A DNA stretch of 51,026 nt from Acidobacteriota bacterium. GTDB lineage: Bacteria; Acidobacteriota; UBA6911; JACQTF01. Below the pieces are notes generated by a model. The model did not search any database. It was not told the DNA's origin and saw only the letters and a program-made list of their open reading frames with translations. This document shows, one piece after another, positions 8,401 through 18,510 of the stretch. The stretch lies in NCBI GenBank assembly GCA_016210925.1, contig JACQTF010000031.1, forward strand, positions 1 through 51,026, written 5' to 3'. Position 1 is the stretch's first letter, and every line of letters starts with the position of its first letter. Made by a program: the position numbers and the translations under genes.

Positions 8401-9540
8401 ATGGATTTTCGTCTGACCGAAGAGCAGGAAATCTTGCGCCGGACGGTGCGGGACTTCGCGGAGAAGGAAATCGCGCCTCACGTGATGGAGTGGGACGAGG
8501 CGCAGAAGTTCCCTCACGAGCTGATTCCCAAGTTGGCGGAACTGGGAATGATGGGTTCCATCTTCCCGCCGGAGTATGGCGGGACAGGCCTTTCCTATGT
8601 GGATTACTGCATGATCGTGGAGGAGCTGGCCCGGGTGGATGGCTCGGTCGGCCTTTCCGTGGCTGCCCACACCTCCCTGTGCAGCAATCACATTTATTCG
8701 TTCGGGACGGCGGAGCAGAAGCAAAAATATCTCGTCCCGCTGGCCTCCGGAGCATGGATCGGCGCCTGGGGTTTGACGGAGCCCGAAGCCGGGAGCGATG
8801 CCGGGGGTACCAAGACCACCGCGGTTCGCGACGGCGAGAGCTGGGTCCTGAACGGGTCGAAGAATTTCATCACCCACGCCTCTTTCGCTGACGTGTACGT
8901 GCTCATGGCGGTCACCGACCGATCTCAGGGAACCGCTGGCATCTCAGCGTTTCTCATCGAAAAGGGAACCGAGGGCCTGGTGGTGGGTAAGAAGGAGAAC
9001 AAGCTGGGGATGCGGGCCAGCGATACCGCGTCGGTTCACCTGCAGGACTGCAGGCTTCCGGCAGACCATCTTCTGGGGAAAGAAGGGGAGGGCTTCAAGA
9101 ATTGCCTTTCGGTCTTGGACGGAGGCCGCATCTCGATCGCCGCTCTGGCGGTGGGCATGGCCCAAGGCGCCCTGGATGCATCCGTCCGCTATGCCAAAGA
9201 GCGGCGCCAGTTCGGGCGGCCCATCAGCGAGTTCCAGGCGATCCAGCAGAAAATCGCCGACCTCACCGTGAAGATCGAGGCGGCCCGCTGGCTGACCTAC
9301 CGTGCGGCTTACCTGAAGGATCGGAACCAGCCGCTCACGAGGGCTGCTTCCATGGCCAAGCTGTACGCGGGTGAGGTGGCCGTTGTGGTCGCTGAACAGG
9401 CGGTCCAGATCCATGGGGGGTACGGCTTCATCAAGGACTACCCGGCTGAGAAGTATTACCGCGACGTGAAGCTCTGCACCATCGGCGAGGGCACCAGCGA
9501 GATCCAGCGCCTGGTGATCGCCCGGCAGTTGTTGAAATGA
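8401..9540 (+). CDS. Acyl-CoA dehydrogenase (short/branched-chain type)
   Basis: [23 protein letters not shown] and [10 protein letters not shown] motifs. Confidence 0.95.
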   Translation: MDFRLTEEQEILRRTVRDFAEKEIAPHVMEWDEAQKFPHELIPKLAELGMMGSIFPPEYGGTGLSYVDYCMIVEELARVDGSVGLSVAAHTSLCSNHIYSFGTAEQKQKYLVPLASGAWIGAWGLTEPEAGSDAGGTKTTAVRDGESWVLNGSKNFITHASFADVYVLMAVTDRSQGTAGISAFLIEKGTEGLVVGKKENKLGMRASDTASVHLQDCRLPADHLLGKEGEGFKNCLSVLDGGRISIAALAVGMAQGALDASVRYAKERRQFGRPISEFQAIQQKIADLTVKIEAARWLTYRAAYLKDRNQPLTRAASMAKLYAGEVAVVVAEQAVQIHGGYGFIKDYPAEKYYRDVKLCTIGEGTSEIQRLVIARQLLK

Positions 9541-10514
9541 AAAAGTTGCCCCGCGCGCGCAGCGGGCATCCGAACATCCTGGTGGAGGAGGTGCTCAGGG
9601 GTGACCCTCGGGCCGTCGCCCGCGTCATTAGCCAGGTGGAGGATGATACCCAGGCGGCCATCCCTTTGCTGAAGGAACTCTTCTCCCGTACGGGCCGCTC
9701 TCTTGTGATCGGGATCACGGGCCCGCCCGGAGCCGGCAAGAGCACGCTCGTGGATCGCCTGGCGGGACTCTATCGAAAGGAGGACCAGCGCGTAGGAATC
9801 ATCGCGGTGGATCCGACGAGCCCGTTCACGGGCGGCGCCATTCTGGGGGACCGGATCCGCATGCAGGTCCATGCCACGGATCCCGGAGTCTTCATCCGCA
9901 GCATGGCCACTCGCGGTCACCTGGGAGGGCTGGCCAAAGCTACCCAGGACGTGGTCTCGGTGCTGGACGCGGCCGGCTACCAGGTAGTGCTGGTGGAGAC
10001 GGTAGGCGTGGGACAGGACGAGGTGGACATCGTCCGCACCGCGGATGTCTCCGTGGTGGTGCTCATGCCCGATGGCGGGGACGACGTGCAGGCCATGAAG
10101 GCCGGGCTCATGGAGATCGGCGACCTGTTCGTCCTCAACAAGTCCGACAAGGAAGGTGCCGAGCGCTTCGAACGCATCCTGCTGGCCATTCTGGGCGGGG
10201 CATCGCGGAAGGATGGTTGGTCCCCTCGTTTGGTCAAGACGGTCGCCACCCAGGGCGAAGGGGTCGAAGAGGTAAAGGCCCGGATCGAGGAATACCGCCG
10301 CCACCTGCGGGAATCCCCCGCTGCCCGGCAACATGGTGAAGAGCTTGCCCGCGGACGGCTCCTTCAGTTGCTGCGAGATCGCCTCCTGGGTCGGGTCCTG
10401 GAACGGGTCCTGGACGAGGCGACGCTGGAACGCTATAGCCGTAGCCTGGCCGGCCGAGAGAGCGATCCCTATACCATCACGGAACAGATCATGAAGAAGG
10501 CGGGTCTCAAATAG
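9537..10514 (+). CDS. meaB: Methylmalonyl-CoA mutase-associated GTPase
   Basis: [32 protein letters not shown] and ETVGVGQ motifs. Confidence 0.95.
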   Translation: MKKLPRARSGHPNILVEEVLRGDPRAVARVISQVEDDTQAAIPLLKELFSRTGRSLVIGITGPPGAGKSTLVDRLAGLYRKEDQRVGIIAVDPTSPFTGGAILGDRIRMQVHATDPGVFIRSMATRGHLGGLAKATQDVVSVLDAAGYQVVLVETVGVGQDEVDIVRTADVSVVVLMPDGGDDVQAMKAGLMEIGDLFVLNKSDKEGAERFERILLAILGGASRKDGWSPRLVKTVATQGEGVEEVKARIEEYRRHLRESPAARQHGEELARGRLLQLLRDRLLGRVLERVLDEATLERYSRSLAGRESDPYTITEQIMKKAGLK

Positions 10515-10515
10515 C

Positions 10516-10920
10516 ATGGCTAAGATCAACCATATCGGCATCGCGGTGCGCTCCATCGACCAGGCGCTTCCTTTTTACAAGGATGCGTTGGGATTGGGCG
10601 TGGTGGGCCGGGAAGAAGTGTCTGAGCAGCGGGTTCGCGTGGCCAAGCTCCGAACCGGCGAGAGTGCCATCGAGCTTCTCGAACCGCTGGACCAGGATTC
10701 TCCCATCGCGGCATTCCTCCTCAAGCGCGGGGAAGGCATCCACCACATCGCCCTGGAAGTGGAAAACATCCACGAGGCCTTGAAAGAGTTGCAAGAGAAA
10801 GGCGTCCGGCTGGTGGACCAGCAGCCCAGGATAGGAGCCGACGGTCACCTGATCGCTTTCCTCCACCCTTCTGCCTCCCACGGCGTCCTCATCGAGCTCA
10901 CGCAGAAGGCTAAGCCATAG
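10516..10920 (+). CDS. mce: Methylmalonyl-CoA epimerase
   Basis: HIGIAV, IELLEP, GEGIHHIA and FLHP...GVLIEL motifs; adjacent to meaB. Confidence 0.93.
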   Translation: MAKINHIGIAVRSIDQALPFYKDALGLGVVGREEVSEQRVRVAKLRTGESAIELLEPLDQDSPIAAFLLKRGEGIHHIALEVENIHEALKELQEKGVRLVDQQPRIGADGHLIAFLHPSASHGVLIELTQKAKP

Positions 10921-11103
10921 GGCGTTTCGCGCAAAAACTGGTCCATCCGACGCTCGTCGATTGGGAGTAGCAACTGTTCCTTTGCTCTATTGGACGCTAC
11001 ATAGTCTGGGAAAGAATCTCACGGACAGGAAGTATCGATGCTCATACCCTTGCCGAGAAAGAAGTCGCTGGTATGTCCCGTGCGAAGTTCCCCTCAACGC
11101 CGC

Positions 11104-11215
11104 CTCCGCGCTCCAGATCCCCTCTTGGAACCTCGTGATGTAGAACGCTCGGTGCCGCTGCGCGCCTTTTACACGCACAGCTGCCGCCCGGCGGCCTGGC
11201 AGCCGGGTCCTTCGA
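11104..11215 (-). pseudogene. Possible remnant of a gp49/HigB-like (RelE superfamily) toxin
   Basis: Fragments QAAGRQL and HRAFYITRFQEGIW resemble the 'AGxQL' and 'RVFYIAKFEEAIY' segments of this family; the frame is broken. Confidence 0.35.
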
Positions 11216-11227
11216 GGGCGACAGATG

Positions 11228-11281
11228 TTGACACCCGTCCTCAGAATCGATAGTATACACGTTATACGATATTAGTATCGA
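11228..11281 (+). promoter_or_regulatory. Sigma-70 promoter and palindromic operator of vapBC
   Basis: TTGACA(11228-11233)-N17-TAGTAT(11251-11256); inverted repeat CGATA-ttag-TATCG (11267-11280). Confidence 0.75.
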
Positions 11282-11291
11282 TGGAGGATTC

Positions 11292-11498
11292 ATGGGAACG
11301 GTCACGATCTCGCCGAAGTTCCAGGTGGTCATTCCGAAGGCGATCCGCGAGAAACTCGGCCTGTCTCCCGGGCAAAAGGTCCAGGCGATCGTGTACGGCG
11401 ATCGGATCGAGCTCATTCCCCTGCGCCCCATCAAGGAGATGCGCGGTTTCCTGAAAGGCATCGACACGACCGTTGAGCGCGAGGCGGACCGCTTATGA
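11292..11498 (+). CDS. vapB: AbrB/MazE/SpoVT-type antitoxin
   Basis: VTISPKFQVVIPKAIREKLGL swapped-hairpin motif; GGAGG SD; ATGA overlap with the PIN gene. Confidence 0.92.
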   Translation: MGTVTISPKFQVVIPKAIREKLGLSPGQKVQAIVYGDRIELIPLRPIKEMRGFLKGIDTTVEREADRL

Positions 11499-11872
11499 AC
11501 GTGGTTGACTCGAGCGCGTGGCTCGAATACTTCGCGAACGGTCCCAACGCGTCCTTCTTCGCACCGGCAGTCGAGCGCACGGACGAGCTCTTGGTTCCTT
11601 CGCTGACGCTCTACCAGGTATTCAAACGAGTGCTTCAGCAGCGTGAGGAAGGTGACGCTCTGCAGGCAGTGGCCGTGATGCAGCAGGGCACCGTGGTGGA
11701 CCTCGATGCGCCTCTTGCGCTGAGCGCTGCTCGAATCAGCTTCGAGACGAAGCTGCCCATGGCGGACAGCATTATTCTCGCCACGGCCAGAACGTACCGG
11801 GCAACGGTGTGGACCCAGGACGCCGACTTCAAAGGCCTGCCCGGAGTGCAGTACCGGAAGAGGAAGCCTTGA
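11495..11872 (+). CDS. vapC: PIN-domain toxin
   Basis: VVDSSAWLEY, LPMADSIILATA and WTQDADF motifs. Confidence 0.92.
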   Translation: MNVVDSSAWLEYFANGPNASFFAPAVERTDELLVPSLTLYQVFKRVLQQREEGDALQAVAVMQQGTVVDLDAPLALSAARISFETKLPMADSIILATARTYRATVWTQDADFKGLPGVQYRKRKP

Positions 11873-11962
11873 GGGAGGGCGCGGCCTGACATCGCGCTGA
11901 GCTCGATGGCGTTTGGTGGCTTTTGCAGGCGACTGCCCTCCGTCTGTTACAGTTCAGGGAAA

Positions 11963-12403
11963 CAGGAGGAGGTCAATTTCTGCGATTATGGCATTCAACT
12001 GACGCGGGGATTCAGGGCACTGAAGCTGTGGATGTCCCTCAAAGTTTTTGGATCTGGAGCGTTCCGGCAGTCGATCGAACGAGGGTTGGAGCTTGCTCGA
12101 CTTGCCGAAAATGCGGTCAGGGAATTTTCGGGCTGGGAGGTGGTCACCCCAGCGCAGATGGGTGTGGTGACTTTCCGTTATGCGCCGGTTGGCATGTCCC
12201 CCGACGAAGTGAACGCCCTGAACCGAGATCTGGTGGAGGGGACGATTCGCGAAGGGTTTGCCATGATCAGTTCAACGGAATTGCACGGATGCACCGTACT
12301 CCGGATGTGCCTGATCAACCCGCGCACCACGGAGGAGGATATTCGCCAGACCCTCCAACGCCTCGACCGGCTCGCGCGCCATGCTCCAAGGTGGCCCCCA
12401 TAA
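11963..12403 (+). pseudogene. C-terminal fragment of a group II PLP-dependent (aromatic amino acid type) decarboxylase
   Basis: EVNFCDYGIQLTRGFRALKLWMSL...LRMCLINPRTT; the N-terminal part, including the PLP lysine, is absent. Confidence 0.85.
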
Positions 12404-12538
12404 CCGCGCTGGCAGCGCGGTGGAGGAGAACATGCGCCTCTGAGATGAGAATGATCCTCACTCCCGCCTGCGAGGACTCCATCCATTCTATTTGGAGGGT
12501 TTGGTGGAATGATTGGTCGCAACGGAACCCCAGGGCAT

Positions 12539-12721
12539 TTCAGGATTGAAGACATCCAAGATGCTTTCGGCGCACTTTCGTCTCGCGGTGTGCGGTTTGA
12601 AGGCAAACCGCATCTGATCGCTCGACTGAAAGATCATGACCTGTGGATGGCTTTCTTCCGCGACATCGACAGAAATCTGCTCGCGCTGATGAGCGAAGTG
12701 CCCCGGGCCTCGAAGCCATGA
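12539..12721 (+). pseudogene. C-terminal half of a VOC/glyoxalase family protein
   Basis: FRIEDIQDAFGALSSRGVRFEGKPHLIARLKDHDLWMAFFRD...LLALMSEV; no recognisable N-terminal half; ATGA overlap with the next gene. Confidence 0.8.
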
Positions 12722-13560
12722 AGTTCGGCACATTCGACCTGGACGTCATCTCCGACGGGACCTTCGCGCTGGACGGCGGCGCCATGTTCGGCGTCGTCCC
12801 GAAGGTGTTCTGGCACAAGGTGCTCCCGGCGGACGAGCAAAACCGGGTGCGGCTGGGCTTGAACTGTCTCGTGATCCGCGCCCCGGGCCTGAACGTTCTG
12901 GTGGACACCGGCATCGGCGACAAGTTCGACTCCAAGTACTCGGAGATTTATGCCATACGGCACGAACGCCACTTGCTGGCCGAGCTGAAGAAGCTGGGCC
13001 TGGAGCCACAAGACATCCATCTGGTCGTCAACACGCACCTGCACTTCGACCACGCCGGCGGCAACACGCGAACGCAGGAGGGTGGCCCCGTTCCCACCTT
13101 CCCACGGGCCAAGTACGTCGTGCGGCGGGGCGAGTTGGACTTTGCCAAGAACGCCAATGAGCGCACCCGTGCCAGCTATCTTCCCGAGAACTGGGAGCCC
13201 CTGGAGAAGAGCCGCCAGATCGAGTTCGTTCACGAAAACTGTGACCTCCATCAGGGCATTTCGGTCTTTCTCACGCCCGGCCACCTCCCGTTTCATCAAT
13301 CGGTTCGAATCGAATCGGAAGGCCGCGTCGCCGTGTTCCTGGGAGATCTGATTCCCACCCGCCATCATTTGCCCTTGCCGTGGATCATGGGATATGATGT
13401 CTCTCCTTTGGAGACCCTGGAGACGAAACGTCAGGTACTGCGGCATGCCCTCGAGGAAAATTGGCTGGTGATTTTCGAACACGATCACCAGGTGCCGATG
13501 GCTTCGCTGCGACCAGAAGGTGATAGGCTCGTCGCGGTCCCTGCCTCGGTCCCTTTCTGA
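12718..13560 (+). CDS. MBL-fold metallo-hydrolase (YtnP-like)
   Basis: FALDGGAMFGVVPK and THLHFDHAGG motifs. Confidence 0.92.
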   Translation: MKFGTFDLDVISDGTFALDGGAMFGVVPKVFWHKVLPADEQNRVRLGLNCLVIRAPGLNVLVDTGIGDKFDSKYSEIYAIRHERHLLAELKKLGLEPQDIHLVVNTHLHFDHAGGNTRTQEGGPVPTFPRAKYVVRRGELDFAKNANERTRASYLPENWEPLEKSRQIEFVHENCDLHQGISVFLTPGHLPFHQSVRIESEGRVAVFLGDLIPTRHHLPLPWIMGYDVSPLETLETKRQVLRHALEENWLVIFEHDHQVPMASLRPEGDRLVAVPASVPF

Positions 13561-13572
13561 GTGGAGCGCTCC

Positions 13573-14433
13573 GTGTCAGTGGAGATCGGGATCGTCGGCG
13601 GAAGCGGCCTGTATGAGATGGAAGGCCTGCGGGACGTGGAGGAGCGCCGCCTGCAGACACCCTTTGGAGATCCGTCGGACGCCTACGTGGTCGGCACCCT
13701 GGAAGGGAAACGGGTGGCCTTCCTGGCCCGGCATGGCAGGGGCCATCGGATCCTGCCCACCGAGCTGAATTTTCGCGCCAACATCTATGGCTTCAAAATG
13801 CTGGGGTGCAATCGAATCCTGTCGGCCAGTGCCGTGGGTTCCCTGAAAGTGGAACACAAGCCCACCGACATCCTCTTGCCCGACCAGTTCTTCGATCGGA
13901 CGCGGCAACGGGTTTCCACCTTTTTTGGAAACGGGATCGTGGCCCACATCAGCTTCGCTCACCCCATCTGCCAAAAACTGGCGACTTACGTCTTCAACGC
14001 GGGGCAACGGGAGGGGATCCCGCTCAAGCAGGGCGGCACGTATTTGTGCATGGAGGGCCCTGCTTTCTCCACGAAGGCAGAGTCGAACGTCTATCGTTCC
14101 TGGGGCATGGACGTCATCGGCATGACCAATCTCCAGGAGGCCAAGTTGGCCCGCGAGGCCGAAATCTGCTACGTGACCCTCGCCCTCGTGACGGACTACG
14201 ACTGCTGGTACGAGGAGCACGATAGTGTCACGGTGGAGATGGTGCTCAATTACTTGAATCAGAATAGCGCCAATGCGAAGAGGATCATCCGCCAAGCAGT
14301 TCAACTGATTCCTGAGGACTATGGGTGTGACTGCCACTCTGCATTGAAAAACACGATCCTCACCCCAGTGCGCGAGATCCCCGACGAAACGAAGAAAGAG
14401 CTTGCGCTGTTGATCGGGAAATACGTCCAATAA
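13573..14433 (+). CDS. mtnP: S-methyl-5'-thioadenosine phosphorylase
   Basis: [26 protein letters not shown] and VTDYDCW motifs. Confidence 0.95.
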   Translation: MSVEIGIVGGSGLYEMEGLRDVEERRLQTPFGDPSDAYVVGTLEGKRVAFLARHGRGHRILPTELNFRANIYGFKMLGCNRILSASAVGSLKVEHKPTDILLPDQFFDRTRQRVSTFFGNGIVAHISFAHPICQKLATYVFNAGQREGIPLKQGGTYLCMEGPAFSTKAESNVYRSWGMDVIGMTNLQEAKLAREAEICYVTLALVTDYDCWYEEHDSVTVEMVLNYLNQNSANAKRIIRQAVQLIPEDYGCDCHSALKNTILTPVREIPDETKKELALLIGKYVQ

Positions 14434-14486
14434 ATCTAGAATCCAGAATCTAAAATTTCATTCGATGGACCATTGACGATTGACGA
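14433..14486. repeat. Two abutting heptamer tandem arrays (AATCYAR-type, then ATTGACG-type)
   Basis: AATCTAG AATCCAG AATCTAA, then ...ggacc ATTGACG ATTGACG, between mtnP and pfkB. Confidence 0.65.
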
Positions 14487-14498
14487 AGGAGGTTTTGG

Positions 14499-15428
14499 GT
14501 GTCCATTCTGGTGGTGGGTTCGGTGGCGTTCGACTCCATCAAGACCCCTTTCGGGGAAGTGGAGGAAGTGATCGGAGGGTCCGCCACCTATTTTTCTTTG
14601 GCGGCCAGTTACTTCAGCGAGGTGAGCGTCGTGGCCGTGGTGGGCGAAGATTTTTCTGAACGCCATCTGGACCTGTTCCGGCTGAAAAACATCGATACCC
14701 GGGGGATGAAGCGCGCCCGAGGCCGCACCTTCCGGTGGAAAGGGGCCTACGGCTACGACCTGAACGAAGCCGAGACGCTGGAAACCCAGTTGAACGTGTT
14801 CGCCAACTTCAAACCGAAGATCCCGGAGGACTATCGGCAAAAGCCGTTCGTGTTCCTGGGAAACATCGATCCGGACCTTCAGCGGGATGTCCTCCGGCAG
14901 GTGCAGTGTCCTCGGCTTGTGGCCTGCGACACGATGAACTATTGGATCCATCACAAGTTGGCCTCGCTGCAACGCACCCTTGGACTCGTGGACATCCTCA
15001 TCATCAACGACGCCGAGGCGCGGCAGCTGACCGCGGAGCCCAATTTGATCAAGGCGGCCCGAAAGATCCGCGATCTGGGGCCCAAGATCCTGGTGATCAA
15101 GAGGGGGGAGTACGGAGCGGTGTTGGTCTCGGGGGACTGCATCTTCACGGCCCCCGCGTATCCTCTGGAGGACGTTTCCGATCCCACCGGAGCCGGCGAT
15201 TCGTTTGCGGGGGGCTTCGTCGGTTACCTGGCCAGCGCCGGAGATCTGTCGGAGAGCTACCTGAAGCGGGCCATAGTCTTCGGTTCGGTGATGGCATCGT
15301 TCAACGTGGAAGAGTTCGGCATCCGGCGCTTGTCCTCCCTCACGTTTCCCCAGATTGTGGAGCGGTTCCAGGCATTTAAGGCCCTGACCCATTTTGAAGA
15401 TCTGAATGTGCAGGCAGCGCGCGTTTGA
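14499..15428 (+). CDS. PfkB family sugar/nucleoside kinase
   Basis: VVGSVAFD, GGSATY and DPTGAGDSFAGG motifs; AAGGAGG SD. Confidence 0.92.
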   Translation: MSILVVGSVAFDSIKTPFGEVEEVIGGSATYFSLAASYFSEVSVVAVVGEDFSERHLDLFRLKNIDTRGMKRARGRTFRWKGAYGYDLNEAETLETQLNVFANFKPKIPEDYRQKPFVFLGNIDPDLQRDVLRQVQCPRLVACDTMNYWIHHKLASLQRTLGLVDILIINDAEARQLTAEPNLIKAARKIRDLGPKILVIKRGEYGAVLVSGDCIFTAPAYPLEDVSDPTGAGDSFAGGFVGYLASAGDLSESYLKRAIVFGSVMASFNVEEFGIRRLSSLTFPQIVERFQAFKALTHFEDLNVQAARV

Positions 15429-16848
15429 GTTCTTCGCGGCCGGGGTCCTGGCGCTTCTTCTGGCGGCGCCCGGACTGGCCCAGCGCTCCGGATCCCACCC
15501 CCGGTCCGATCCTGCCCTGGAATGGTTCAAGAAGGGCGAGGCTCTCATCGGAACCGACAAGGAAAATTCCGACGAACAGGCCGCCTATTTTCAAAAAGCG
15601 GCCCAGCTCAACCCGCAACTGTTTGAAGCCCACTACAACTTGGGGTTGATCCGCGCCCACCAGGACCGCAAGGAGGAAGCCATCGCTCACCTGCAGCGGG
15701 CCATCCAGTTGCGTCCGGAACACGAGGGCAGCCATTTTCTGCTCAGCTCGCTGTACCTTCAGCAGGAAAAGTACGCGGACTCCCTGACGGCGATTGAAAC
15801 CATCCTGAAGGGGCATCCCCGTAGCGCGCGGGCCCTGTTCCGGCGGGCTCTCCTCAAAGATCTTCAAGGTCAGGTGGCCGAGGCCGAGGAAGCTTATCGA
15901 GGGCTGCTGGAGGCGGAGCCGGGCCACGTGGAAGGGCACCTGAACCTGGGCCTGCTGCTGGCGCGAACGGACAAGCCGGAAGCGGCGGTGGGTGAGATGA
16001 AAAAGGCGGCGGAGCTGGACCCGCGCTTGTACCAGGCCCAACTTCAGGTGGGGAACGTCTTGATGGCGTTGAAGCGCTATCCCGAAGCCGAGGCCCACTA
16101 CCGGAAAGCAGCGGGCCTGGAGCCCCAGAAACCGGAAGTCCATTTTCGCCTGGGCGACGCCTCCCTTTACCAGGGGCGCTGGGAGGATGCCCTGGGCGCC
16201 TATCAAGCCGGACTGTTGCTCGATCCCAGCGACCGGGTTGCTCGCTTCCAGCTAGGGTTCGTCTACCGGAAGCTGGGGAAGAACGAGCTGGCGCTGAAGG
16301 AATTCGAGCTCGCGCTGGGCGGTGAACCGACACGGGACGCGGAGGCGCTGTCCCTGATGGGCGACATCCGTGCGGAGATGGGTCAGCCCGACGAGGCGAT
16401 GGATAGCTATCGAAAGGCGTTGGCCCTGGCGCCCGGGGATAAAGAGGTTCATTACAACCTCGGGACGTTGTTGGCGAAGCAGGAACGATGGGAGGAAGCT
16501 GTCGTGGAACTGCAAAGATCCCTGCAGGCGGATCCTGCTTTTGGGGCGGCCTATTTCAACCTGGGAACGGTGTACGAAAAGCAGCAAAAGGACGTCCTGG
16601 CGGTGGATGCCTACGAAAAGTCCATTGAAGCGGGGCTGCAGGACTCACAGTCTCACTTCCGTCTCATGCTGCTCTACGCCAGAGCGGGAGAGAAAGACAA
16701 GTCCCTGGATCACTTGGAAGAGGCCTTGAAGAAAGACCGTGAGAAGTACCTTCCGATCTTGCGAGAAGAACTCAAGAATGTTCGGTCCGATCTGGACAGC
16801 ATTCGGTACACCGAACGTTTCGCCCGCCTCTTGTCCAGTCACCCGTAA
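15406..16848 (+). CDS. Exported tetratricopeptide-repeat protein
   Basis: Signal-peptide-like N-terminus; multiple TPRs (AHYNLG, GHLNLG, VHFRLG, AYFNLG). Confidence 0.88.
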   Translation: MCRQRAFEFFAAGVLALLLAAPGLAQRSGSHPRSDPALEWFKKGEALIGTDKENSDEQAAYFQKAAQLNPQLFEAHYNLGLIRAHQDRKEEAIAHLQRAIQLRPEHEGSHFLLSSLYLQQEKYADSLTAIETILKGHPRSARALFRRALLKDLQGQVAEAEEAYRGLLEAEPGHVEGHLNLGLLLARTDKPEAAVGEMKKAAELDPRLYQAQLQVGNVLMALKRYPEAEAHYRKAAGLEPQKPEVHFRLGDASLYQGRWEDALGAYQAGLLLDPSDRVARFQLGFVYRKLGKNELALKEFELALGGEPTRDAEALSLMGDIRAEMGQPDEAMDSYRKALALAPGDKEVHYNLGTLLAKQERWEEAVVELQRSLQADPAFGAAYFNLGTVYEKQQKDVLAVDAYEKSIEAGLQDSQSHFRLMLLYARAGEKDKSLDHLEEALKKDREKYLPILREELKNVRSDLDSIRYTERFARLLSSHP

Positions 16849-16850
16849 AG

Positions 16851-16879
16851 GACTGGAAGGCTGGAAGACTGGAAGACTG
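16851..16879. repeat. Tandem octamer repeat GACTGGAA (single arm)
   Basis: gactggaa ggctggaa gactggaa gactg between convergent genes; same unit as at 39307. Confidence 0.75.
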
Positions 16880-16890
16880 TCCTCGCCGCT

Positions 16891-17472
16891 TTAGACGGAA
16901 GGGGGCGTTGAAGCGTAAACGACTTCCACGGTAACGTGCCCCTGGTTCCGGAAATTGTGGGGTACGCCGTTGCGGCAGCGGAAACACTCACCTTCCTTGG
17001 CCTTATATTCCTTGCCCTCCACGATCAGCGTCAGGGTTCCCTTGATGACGTAACCCAACATCTCGCCCACGGGCAGCCGCGTGCCCTGCTCGGACAGCAA
17101 CCCTGACTTCGGCTTGATCCGCATGAGCCCGAATTCCATCAGGGAATCCGGCTCTGTGGAGCAGAGGATCTCGATGCACGCGTTTCCGTCGTCGCTGGGA
17201 AAGGGCATGCGATCTTTTTTTGTGAAAATATGTCGCTGCTCCGGTTCCTCCTGTTGTCCGAGCAAGTCGTTGAGCAGAACGCGGTAGACCTGGCTCAAGC
17301 GCGTGAGGGTGTAAATGCCCGGGGTACGGTTCTCATTTTCGATCATGCAGAGAGCGGATTTGCTGACGCCCGCCAGCTTGGACACGTACGCCAGGGTGAA
17401 GTTTCTCTTCTCCCGAAGTTGCTTGAGACGTTTTCCGATATCTTCCAGTCGTTGCGGGGAACTGTCCGGCAT
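16891..17472 (-). CDS. XRE-family HTH-cupin transcriptional regulator
   Basis: N-terminal HTH (IGKRLKQLR...VSKSALCMIE) plus cupin (YVIKGTL...PHNFRN). Confidence 0.9.
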   Translation of the reverse strand: MPDSSPQRLEDIGKRLKQLREKRNFTLAYVSKLAGVSKSALCMIENENRTPGIYTLTRLSQVYRVLLNDLLGQQEEPEQRHIFTKKDRMPFPSDDGNACIEILCSTEPDSLMEFGLMRIKPKSGLLSEQGTRLPVGEMLGYVIKGTLTLIVEGKEYKAKEGECFRCRNGVPHNFRNQGHVTVEVVYASTPPSV

Positions 17473-17580
17473 AATTCCTCGGAGAGGCTGTTATGTGTAT
17501 CACAAGAGAAAAATGAATTCAAGAACCAAAAATGAAAATTTTGAAAATGAAGGTGCGTAAATTTTTTTTATCGTTCGCAC

Positions 17581-18510
17581 TCAATACACCGGGTCGGGAT
17601 CTTCTGGTGGACGAGTTTTCCACCGCCGGTGTCCCCACAGCCAGCACTCGGGATGCTGGCGGATGATTTCTTCCAGAATGCGGGTGAAACGGGCTGTGTT
17701 CTCCACCACGTCGCGTTCCTTGTGGCCGCTCCGCACCAGGGGAACCTCCGGTTGAACGACGATCCGATACTGCTCCCGATCTGGCTCCTTCAGGATATAG
17801 GCGGGGATCACGGCGGCGCCGGTGCGGAGGGCCAGGCGGGTCAGTCCGGTGGTGGTGCAGGCAGACCGGCCGAAAAAAGGCACGAAGACTCCTTCGTTCG
17901 GGGTGCTGTTCTGGTCCACCAGGAATCCTACCGCTTCTCCCCGTTGGAGCGCCGCCAGAATTTTCTTCAGCGAGTCTCTCTTGGGAATGGTGACATTTCC
18001 CGACAGGCAGCGCCTGCGGTCCAGGAAGCGATCCAGATAGGCGTTGTCCAGGGGCCGCACGACAAAGCTCAAGGGATATCCGTGGAGCGCGTGGGCGAAG
18101 GGCATCAGCTCCCAGGGCCCGATGTGGCCGGTGAGAACCAGAATACCTCGCCCCTCCCGCATGGGGCGCAGGATATTCTCCAGGCCCTGATGGTCGTCGT
18201 AGAGGACGTGCTGGCCGATGTTGGACGGTCGCAGCCGAGGAAACCGGCTGACCTCCACGACCAGCCTTCCCATGTTTCGGAACGAACAGCGCGCCACCTT
18301 CCGGCGGCGCCGGCGGTCCCAGTGGGGGAACGCCAGTTCCAGGTTTCGGAGGGCCACGCGGCGGTGGCGGGCATCCAGGAAGAATACCACGTCTGAGATC
18401 CCGTGGGCCACGGCCAGTGCCCAGGGGTGCGAGAGCAGACCCAGGAAGGCCACCACCCACCGGACGGTCATGTAGCCGAGAAAATCCACGAGCTGTTTAC
18501 GGAACGTCAT
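17581..18510 (-). CDS. Lipid A late acyltransferase (LpxL/LPLAT family), copy 2
   Basis: LTGHIGPWE, LVDQN, FVPFFG and WLWGHRRWK motifs. Confidence 0.9.
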   Translation of the reverse strand: MTFRKQLVDFLGYMTVRWVVAFLGLLSHPWALAVAHGISDVVFFLDARHRRVALRNLELAFPHWDRRRRRKVARCSFRNMGRLVVEVSRFPRLRPSNIGQHVLYDDHQGLENILRPMREGRGILVLTGHIGPWELMPFAHALHGYPLSFVVRPLDNAYLDRFLDRRRCLSGNVTIPKRDSLKKILAALQRGEAVGFLVDQNSTPNEGVFVPFFGRSACTTTGLTRLALRTGAAVIPAYILKEPDREQYRIVVQPEVPLVRSGHKERDVVENTARFTRILEEIIRQHPECWLWGHRRWKTRPPEDPDPVY

